The notes beneath the pieces were generated by a model. The model made no database searches and was not told the DNA's origin. It saw only the letters and a list, made by a program, of their open reading frames with translations. The position numbers and the translations under genes are program-made. Below, piece by piece: positions 57,216 through 64,000 of a stretch of 64,000 nucleotides of DNA; within the stretch, counting starts at the first letter, position 1; each line of letters starts with the position of its first letter. The DNA is from Planctomycetota bacterium. GTDB lineage: Bacteria > Planctomycetota > PLA2 > JAEUHO01. The stretch lies in the NCBI GenBank assembly GCA_965223505.1, contig CBDCWP010000039.1, positions 1 through 64,000 on the forward strand, read 5' to 3'.

Positions 57216-59641
57216 CGAAACGACTCATATCAGGGGGGCCCGAGGACACGTGGGGGTTCGACGCCTCCGGTGCGGACGCCGCGGTCGACACCGAGGTGTC
57301 CGTGTGGCGCAAGCTCCACAACATCCTGCGTGGGCGCTACCACTGGGCGATCTTGCTCGCCTTGGTGGGCATGGCCGGCGGTTCCTACCTCGGTTGGGAG
57401 TCCCAGGTTCCCATCTACCGCGCCGAAGGGCTCGTCTACATCGCTCCCAGCATGCCGAGTCCCGACGACCCGGCCGGCACGAGCGTGCTGCCGATGTTCC
57501 AGGGCTTCGTAGCGTACCAACTGCACGTCATGGAGGGTTCGACCGCGACCCAGGCCGCGATGGAAACCGACGAGTGGAAAGGAACCGGGGAGGGCGTTTC
57601 CCCGGCCGCGATTCGCAAGTTCGTCCAGAGTCGCAAGCTCAAGCGCGGCCGCGGCGCTCCCTACATCCAGGTCGCGTTCGAGCACGAAGATCCCGAGACC
57701 GCGTTCGCAGGTCTGCAGGCGATCCTCACGTCGTACGAAAAGATCTTCGAAGAGCAGAACCGGGACATCGAACGCCTCGAGGACACGCAGAACAAGATCT
57801 CCGAGCTGAAGGCCCTCATCAAGGCCGGCAACGACGAGATCCTCACGCAGACGTCGATGTACGGCAGCACCGACGGATTGAAGAAGCGCGCCGAGCTCGC
57901 TGTCGATCGCGTCATGGAGATTCGCGCCGAGTTCGACCGGATCGACGCGGCGATTCACGACCGCGAGAATGACGTCGAGGTCGAACAGGATGACGAGGAC
58001 GCCCCGACGCCGATCGGGGAGATCGCGGTCAAGAGCCCGTGGCTCAACGACGCGCTCGGGCAGATCGAAGACCTCGAGATGGAAGAGGCTCGGCTCTCGG
58101 AGACGTTGCCGGACGGACATAGGCAGCTGCGCGCGTTGCGCGACCGCATCGCGATCCTGCAGAAGCGGATCGACCGGTACGTGAAGGACTGGAATCGGGT
58201 CTACAAGGTCCGAGAGGTCGGCACGTTGAGCCTGAAGGACCTCAAGGCGAGCCGCAAGAGCCTGGAGTCTCGTCTCAAGGCTCTCACCGAGGAAAGCCGC
58301 GTGCTCGGCAGCACGCTCATCACGGTGGGCCGCGTCGAGAACGCGCTCGCGGACAACGAGAACGACCTGCGCCGCATGGAACGGCTAGAGGAGTATCTCC
58401 GTAACCAACAGGTGGGCAAGGGTCGTCTGCGCATCGAAGAGCGGGGTCGGGTGCCGACCTCCCACTTCAAGGACGGGCGCATCTCGCACGCCGCCGCGGG
58501 AGGCATCGGCGGCGCCGGACTGGGCGTGTTCATCGTGTTGCTGCTCGGACTGCTGGACCGGCGCATTCGGAGCAGCGGCGGCCTGGACCGCGGCCTCTCG
58601 CGCCTGCGCCTGCTCGGCCTGATTCCGTTCCTTCCGCGCACGGGCGGCGATCCCGTCGATCGTGAGACCGCCAACATCTTCGTCCACCAGATTCGAACGC
58701 TGCTCCAGATCGGCAACACCAAGGAACGCGGCGCGTCCATTTGCGTGACGGGACCGGGCGTGGAGAGCGGCAAGACGACGCTCTCGAAGGCGCTCGCGCA
58801 CTCGTTCGCGCAGTCCGGCTGCCGGACGCTGGTCGTCGATGCCGACCTCACGGGCCGCGGCATGACGATCCGCGTCGCGCACATGCTCTGGAGCCACGCG
58901 CGAAACAGCGTCGCCAACGAGCCGTTCGACGCCGACGTGGAAACCACGTCGAGTCTCACGCCGCTGACGGTCGCCCAAACCGCCACGGAGCTTCCGACGG
59001 CCGAAGAGCTCGTCACGACGCTCAAGCGTGTTCTCGACGACCGGGGACTGCGCGGTGCGCGCGAGTCGGGTGTCGTGGACGACGTGTTCGCGCTCGCCGA
59101 CCTGCTGCATCCCGGCGAAGTTCGCGATCAGCTCGCATTGGAGCTCACGGCGTCCGTGGCCGTCGAGGGCGCGTTGCGCTTTGGTGCTCCGTCCGAGTGG
59201 ATTCCTCCGCGGGTCGACGAGCTGACGCCGGGCCGGGGCGAGTTCAACGGTCATCGGCTGGATCGGTACGTGTTTCCGACGGGCACCGACGGACTTCGTT
59301 TCCTGCCGCTGCGCGGGCTGGGACGCGGATCGTCCGTTTCCGTCCACACGGTCGAGCGCATCATGGAGCGTGTGCGCTCGGAGTTCGACGTGGTCTTGGT
59401 CGACACGGGCCCCGTACCGGGCACCGTCGAGACGTCCATGGTTGCCGCCACGGTGGATTCCGTCGTCGTCGTTCTCTCACCCGAAGACGATCGTCCGGAG
59501 GCGGAACGTGCGGTGGCCCATCTCGAGGACATCGGCGCGAACATCGCCGGGGTCGTCTTCAACCGCGCGGAGCAGCGCGAGGTGGAGAAGATGAGCACGA
59601 GTCAGAGCCTGTCTCCGGTTCGCCGGGGGCTGAAGGCATGA
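57212..59641 (+). CDS. Wzc-like polysaccharide co-polymerase / BY-kinase
   Basis: Two TMs around a coiled coil; GVESGKTT, LVVDADL, VVLVDTGP, GVVFN. Confidence 0.82.
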   Translation: MTKRLISGGPEDTWGFDASGADAAVDTEVSVWRKLHNILRGRYHWAILLALVGMAGGSYLGWESQVPIYRAEGLVYIAPSMPSPDDPAGTSVLPMFQGFVAYQLHVMEGSTATQAAMETDEWKGTGEGVSPAAIRKFVQSRKLKRGRGAPYIQVAFEHEDPETAFAGLQAILTSYEKIFEEQNRDIERLEDTQNKISELKALIKAGNDEILTQTSMYGSTDGLKKRAELAVDRVMEIRAEFDRIDAAIHDRENDVEVEQDDEDAPTPIGEIAVKSPWLNDALGQIEDLEMEEARLSETLPDGHRQLRALRDRIAILQKRIDRYVKDWNRVYKVREVGTLSLKDLKASRKSLESRLKALTEESRVLGSTLITVGRVENALADNENDLRRMERLEEYLRNQQVGKGRLRIEERGRVPTSHFKDGRISHAAAGGIGGAGLGVFIVLLLGLLDRRIRSSGGLDRGLSRLRLLGLIPFLPRTGGDPVDRETANIFVHQIRTLLQIGNTKERGASICVTGPGVESGKTTLSKALAHSFAQSGCRTLVVDADLTGRGMTIRVAHMLWSHARNSVANEPFDADVETTSSLTPLTVAQTATELPTAEELVTTLKRVLDDRGLRGARESGVVDDVFALADLLHPGEVRDQLALELTASVAVEGALRFGAPSEWIPPRVDELTPGRGEFNGHRLDRYVFPTGTDGLRFLPLRGLGRGSSVSVHTVERIMERVRSEFDVVLVDTGPVPGTVETSMVAATVDSVVVVLSPEDDRPEAERAVAHLEDIGANIAGVVFNRAEQREVEKMSTSQSLSPVRRGLKA

Positions 59642-61065
59642 GCACCGCTTTGCCGACGCCGACGGCACAGCGCGAACGCGTGACGCCGCGAATCTGGGGG
59701 CTCTCGCCGCAGGAGCTGCACGAGCGGTTCTGGGCGTCGCGAGGCGTCCAGGTCGTCCAGCGCGGCTGCGAGTCCTCATTCGTTTCGTCGGCGGAGCTGT
59801 ACCTGCTCGTCGACCCAGATGCGCTGGTCGTCTTCGAGCTCCACGAGCTCGTCGACGTCCTGAGCTGGCTTGCTCCGCGTCTCCTCGTGGTGCGCTTGGC
59901 CGACGGCCATCACGACGGCTATCGCGAAGCCGTCGAGTGCGACGACGAGGGCCGCCTGCTTCGATTCGAGCGTCTCTACGACGGATCGCCCTCCGGGATC
60001 ACTCGCGTCGGGCTCACGTCGGATCGCGCGGTCGCTCGGCTTTGGCAAGAGGCCCCTAGCTCCCGCGACGGTTGGCGCAGCCTGCGCCGCGCCATTCCGA
60101 TCGACGATCGCGAGGCGCGCAGGATGCCCGGCCGTGTCTTCGACGCCCGACAGGACGAGCAGCTGGTCGCTCATCTCGAATGCCTGATGGACACGTGGAC
60201 GTTGCCGAAGGCGACCATCCCGCGTGCGCGTCGACTTCGCGGAATCTGGGCCGACCAGGAGGCCGAAGTCGCGCGCAGCGCTTCCTTCGTGGGACAGGCG
60301 TGGGTCGGCGCCGGTCGACGGGTCGAGCCGGGCGAGATCGTGGTCGGTCCCGCCATCCTTTGGGACGACCCCGAAGCGGGCCCCAACAGCGTTCCGATTC
60401 CGTGGGGGGAGCTGGAACCGCTGCCGCAGCGCGAGGGCCGAGGACGCGCCGCCGTGCCGTTCGTGCGACGTCCCGGGAAGCGCCTGTTCGACATTGCCTT
60501 CTCGCTCGTGGCGCTCGCGCTGACGCTTCCGCTCTACCCGTTCATCGCCCTCGCGATCCTCATCGAGGACGGCTGGCCGATCTTCTTCACGCACCGGCGC
60601 GAGACGGTCGGAGGGCGGCAATTCCCCTGCCTCAAGTTCCGTTCGATGCGCCGGGATGCCGAGAAGATCAAGGCGCAGCTCTCGGTGCAGAACCGCTCCG
60701 ACGGCCCGCAGTTCTACGTGAAGGACGATCCCCGATCGACACGCGTCGGCAAGTTCTTGCGCAAGACGCAGCTCGACGAGCTTCCGCAGTTCATCAACGT
60801 GCTCTTGGGGCACATGGCCGTCGTCGGACCGCGGCCGAGCCCGCGCGCCGAGAACCAGTACTGTCCGAGCTGGCGCGAGCGGCGTCTGAGTGTGCGCCCC
60901 GGTGTCACCGGCCTCTGGCAGGTCAGCCGAACACGGAAGAAGGGCCTCGATTTCCAGGAGTGGATCCGCTACGACCTCGAGTACGTCGAGCGGATGAACC
61001 TCTGGCTCGACCTCAAGATCATCTGGAAGACGATCGGGATCGTGTTCCGGCGCGGCGCGCGCTAG
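59638..61065 (+). CDS. Priming sugar (phosphoglycosyl) transferase with N-terminal extension
   Basis: KRLFDI, KFRSM, DDPRSTRVG, LDELPQFINVLLG, VGPRP, RPGVTGLWQV, DLEYV. Confidence 0.9.
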   Translation: MSTALPTPTAQRERVTPRIWGLSPQELHERFWASRGVQVVQRGCESSFVSSAELYLLVDPDALVVFELHELVDVLSWLAPRLLVVRLADGHHDGYREAVECDDEGRLLRFERLYDGSPSGITRVGLTSDRAVARLWQEAPSSRDGWRSLRRAIPIDDREARRMPGRVFDARQDEQLVAHLECLMDTWTLPKATIPRARRLRGIWADQEAEVARSASFVGQAWVGAGRRVEPGEIVVGPAILWDDPEAGPNSVPIPWGELEPLPQREGRGRAAVPFVRRPGKRLFDIAFSLVALALTLPLYPFIALAILIEDGWPIFFTHRRETVGGRQFPCLKFRSMRRDAEKIKAQLSVQNRSDGPQFYVKDDPRSTRVGKFLRKTQLDELPQFINVLLGHMAVVGPRPSPRAENQYCPSWRERRLSVRPGVTGLWQVSRTRKKGLDFQEWIRYDLEYVERMNLWLDLKIIWKTIGIVFRRGAR

Positions 61066-61071
61066 ATCCGG

Positions 61072-64000
61072 TCAGGTGCCGAGGCGCTTCAACGCCTCCT
61101 CGGCGCGGCGGGCCTGAGGCGCGTCGGGATGCTCGTCGCGAATGAGGAGATAGACGGCACGCGCTTCCTCGTCGCGCTTCAGCGTCTCCAGAAGGCCCGC
61201 CTTGTCGAGCAGATATCGCGCGCGGCGTCCGCGCAGCTGGTCCGCATCCTCGAGCAGGTTCTTCGCGTCGAGCTCCTCCTGAACCATGGCGAGGGCCCGA
61301 TTCAGATCCGCGAGGGCGTCGTCACCCCGGTTCTCCATCGCTGCCAGAACGGCCGAGCGCGTATGCAGGATCTGCGAGATCGGCGCCGCCTCGTACGCCC
61401 GGTCGATCAGGTCCAGCGCCTCCTGCAGGCGGTCCCGGCGCTCGAGCTTGGTCCACGGGATGTGCTTGGCCATGACCCACGCGGCGTTGTTGAGCGCCGG
61501 GACGTCGCTCTCGCGGACCTCGAGAACCCGGCGATAGTCGTCCAGCGCGCGCTGATAGTCGCCCATCGACTCTCGCGCCTGGCCACGCAGGCGCAACAGC
61601 TGCGCCTGCACGTCCGCCGACACGCCCCGCGGCGGCGCGTTGATGACGGACGTCAGGCGCAGGATGAACTGCGCCTCCCGGCCCTGCAATTCGCGCACAC
61701 GGCCGAGAAGCTGCCACGCGCGCAGATCCCGGTAGCCGCTGCGCAAGAGGAGCTCTACGTAGACCTGGCCGGCGGCGTCGTCTTCGTCCCACCCCTCGAG
61801 GATCTCGCCGCGGATGAGCTCCGCCTGACGGAAGCGGCCGGCATTCCGGTCGGAGATGGGCGCAAGCGCCGCCAGCGCGTCCTTGGGATTCACGTCCTTG
61901 AGCAGGCGGCCCAGGCTGAGCATCGCCGCATCGCTGCCCTGCGACTCCCGTACCAGCGTGCGCGCTTCGGCGATGGCGAACTCGCGTTGCTCCAGCGCGT
62001 GCAGGGCCTCGATGCGCTGCGCGCGCCAGCTCGGCTTCAGGTCCTCGCCGTCGTGCAGCTCCAGCACCGCGTCATGCCGCCCCGCGGCGAGCAAGATCTC
62101 GCCGATGCGCTGCCGGCGCCAGGGCCACTCCGGCCACGCCGCGTGCATGTGTCGCGCGTATGCCTCCGCCTCGTCCCAGTCCTCCGACGCCGTCGCAAGG
62201 CGCAGCTGCAGCTCCGCTTGGACGCGGGTGAGCGACGAGCCGGCCTCGGCCGCCTTGCGGCGCAGGCCGCTCGCGTCGTCGTCGGTCAGCGCCGCAGCGA
62301 GTCGCTCCAACCACCCTCGTGTCGCGTCGTCGCCGGGCACGTCTCGCAACCCGGTCGCGAAGGCGCTCCGCTCGTCCTGCTTCGCGCGAAACGCGCGAAG
62401 GTAGAGATCGGCCGCGCGCTCGGGGCGGTCGTCGTCCATTGTGAGCGCGCGCCCCAACAGCTGGCCGGCCAATCGCAGATGGGCGTTCGCGGAGGCCAGT
62501 GTCGCCGCGTCGACGAGGATGCCGGCGGGGACGTTCTCGTCTTCGTTGAGAACACGCAGGTCTTCTCGAACCACCTCCGCCCACGCCCGTCCGTCGGGGC
62601 TCGTGCCGGGCCGTCCCGACGTCAACGCCGCGCGCAGGACGCGCGCACGCCGCGCCTCTTCGCGGTCGATCTTGGTCGCGTGGTCGAGCAGCGCCAGGGA
62701 CGCGAGGTCGCCGGCGCTACCCAGGAATCGGAGCTGCCGTGTCGCGATCAACAGTCGCACACCGGTGGCTGCATCCGCGAGCGCGGGGATCAGCTCGTCG
62801 GTCGTCTTCTGATCCTCGTTCCGAATCGAGGCCACGACCCGCTCGAGCAGCGCGCCGAATCGCGCATCGGGATTCGCCTTGGCGACGTCGTCGAGGAGCT
62901 TCAGTCCGCGCTCGTGGTCGCCCGCACGGCTGATGCGCTCGTAGGCCTCGCGAACGATCGCCGCGTTGTCCGTATGCTCGAGCGCGAACGTCTCGAAGAA
63001 TTTCATTCCCTCGAGCCTTTCGGCTTCGTCACCGTTGAGCTGCAATCGCGCGCGGAGCAGGGAGAACAACTGCTGCCGGCCCGGCGCGACGGCGTCGATG
63101 ATCTCGAGCGCCTGCTTGCGCCGCTCGTCGGATGCCTTCTCCGTGCCGCTTGCCAGCCCGGCTTCCGCGAACACGCTGATCGCCCTCAGCTGTAGCGGCG
63201 CGGGCGCGTCCGCCATCAAGGGGATGGCCTTGCGCGCGTCGTCGAGCCGACCACGCCGCGCGTGGTGGCGAATCAGGGTCGCCCGGCTCAGGTGCGCCGA
63301 AGGCTCGTCGGCCAGGTAGGCCTCGAGCGTCTTCGCGCCGTCGTCGGCTTCCTCCGCGTCGTCGGACAACATCTGAATCCGGGCCATGAGCGCCGTCGCG
63401 GCGGGAAGCCGCTTTCTCCAGATCTCCGAGCTCTGCAACGCCTTGCGCGCGCGTTCGTGGTTGTTGGCTCGACGTGCGGCCAGATTCTGCCGACCCGGCC
63501 CTTCCGGCAACACACGCTCCAGGTCCCACAGCGTCTCGGCGGCGTACGCGTACGCCTCGGCCTGTGCCGCCTCGTCGTCGAGAAGCGGCGCCAACGCCTC
63601 TGCCGCGCGCACCGATCGGATACGGCTCTCGGGTGAACCGATCGCGCCATAGACCCGCATCAGCATGCTCTGCGCGAACTTCGGGTCCTCGTCGGCGACG
63701 GTGCGCGCCAGACGGATGGCCTTCCCGATCTGGAGGCGCAGCAGCGCCAGCTCGCTCATCGCTTGAAGTCCGAACACCTCGGTCGGCTTCTTCTCGAAGA
63801 AGTATTTCGCGAGCGCTTCCGCTTCGTCCAAGCGGCCGTCGTGGATCGCGATCGCCACCAGCATCCGGCGAGCGCGAATGCTGTCGGGCCGCGCCTGAAG
63901 CAAGTCGCGGAGCTGGGCCTCGGCGGTCTCCAGGTCGCCGCTCTCGATGGACGCCTTCGCCTGGTCCAGCGGGTTGGTCGCCGAACGTGCGACGTCGAGG
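61072..64000 (-). CDS. Large TPR-repeat protein (5' end beyond window)
   Basis: Frame open to the window end; TPR motifs (RGQARESMGDYQRALDDYRRVL, ALNNAAW). Confidence 0.82.
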   Translation of the reverse strand, partial: LDVARSATNPLDQAKASIESGDLETAEAQLRDLLQARPDSIRARRMLVAIAIHDGRLDEAEALAKYFFEKKPTEVFGLQAMSELALLRLQIGKAIRLARTVADEDPKFAQSMLMRVYGAIGSPESRIRSVRAAEALAPLLDDEAAQAEAYAYAAETLWDLERVLPEGPGRQNLAARRANNHERARKALQSSEIWRKRLPAATALMARIQMLSDDAEEADDGAKTLEAYLADEPSAHLSRATLIRHHARRGRLDDARKAIPLMADAPAPLQLRAISVFAEAGLASGTEKASDERRKQALEIIDAVAPGRQQLFSLLRARLQLNGDEAERLEGMKFFETFALEHTDNAAIVREAYERISRAGDHERGLKLLDDVAKANPDARFGALLERVVASIRNEDQKTTDELIPALADAATGVRLLIATRQLRFLGSAGDLASLALLDHATKIDREEARRARVLRAALTSGRPGTSPDGRAWAEVVREDLRVLNEDENVPAGILVDAATLASANAHLRLAGQLLGRALTMDDDRPERAADLYLRAFRAKQDERSAFATGLRDVPGDDATRGWLERLAAALTDDDASGLRRKAAEAGSSLTRVQAELQLRLATASEDWDEAEAYARHMHAAWPEWPWRRQRIGEILLAAGRHDAVLELHDGEDLKPSWRAQRIEALHALEQREFAIAEARTLVRESQGSDAAMLSLGRLLKDVNPKDALAALAPISDRNAGRFRQAELIRGEILEGWDEDDAAGQVYVELLLRSGYRDLRAWQLLGRVRELQGREAQFILRLTSVINAPPRGVSADVQAQLLRLRGQARESMGDYQRALDDYRRVLEVRESDVPALNNAAWVMAKHIPWTKLERRDRLQEALDLIDRAYEAAPISQILHTRSAVLAAMENRGDDALADLNRALAMVQEELDAKNLLEDADQLRGRRARYLLDKAGLLETLKRDEEARAVYLLIRDEHPDAPQARRAEEALKRLGT

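Noticed and set aside
1..64000. Genome-wide UGA reassignment (Trp/Gly) as the explanation for read-through
   Set aside because: Many conserved genes here end at TGA at their expected C-terminus, often in ATGA/GTGA overlaps (hemN, oah, bcrC, bcrA), so UGA is a normal stop.

Overview
High-GC, gene-dense bacterial window. The gene content (CRTAC1/ASPIC-UnbV proteins, a C-terminally extended ECF sigma factor, a MoxR-DUF58-VWA operon, an exosortase/EpsI locus) suggests Planctomycetota or a similar lineage, which is inference only. Blocks in order: a minus-strand MoxR/DUF58/BatA-VWA operon headed by secreted proteins (1-8830); lipoproteins, a spermidine-synthase-like protein and an NCS2 permease; an ECF sigma factor; a hemerythrin-GMC oxidoreductase-tryptophanase-CRTAC1 operon; a multiheme cytochrome c with a CRTAC1 partner; a 4Fe-4S membrane protein, hemN and a radical SAM gene; an anaerobic benzoyl-CoA cluster (had-oah-dch-bcrCBAD-SDR-GNAT); a GTAG-type REP array; tRNA-Arg(CCT) with duplicated 5' and 3' fragments; and sat/cysC divergent from an exosortase-EpsI-Wzc-priming glycosyltransferase EPS locus. 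The main signal the ORF track hides is three genes that appear to read through an in-frame UGA. Two are tandem small lipoprotein genes (14662-15027, 15220-15753) sharing a C-x-x-G-T-U-G-V-P-x-A-x-G-V-P-x-C-F tail and a covarying SECIS-like hairpin 12 nt after the UGA. The third is a secreted protein with a Cys-UGA-Gly motif (7682-8830). These are candidate selenoprotein families I do not recognise. No selA/B/C/D genes lie in the window, so Sec decoding is unconfirmed here.
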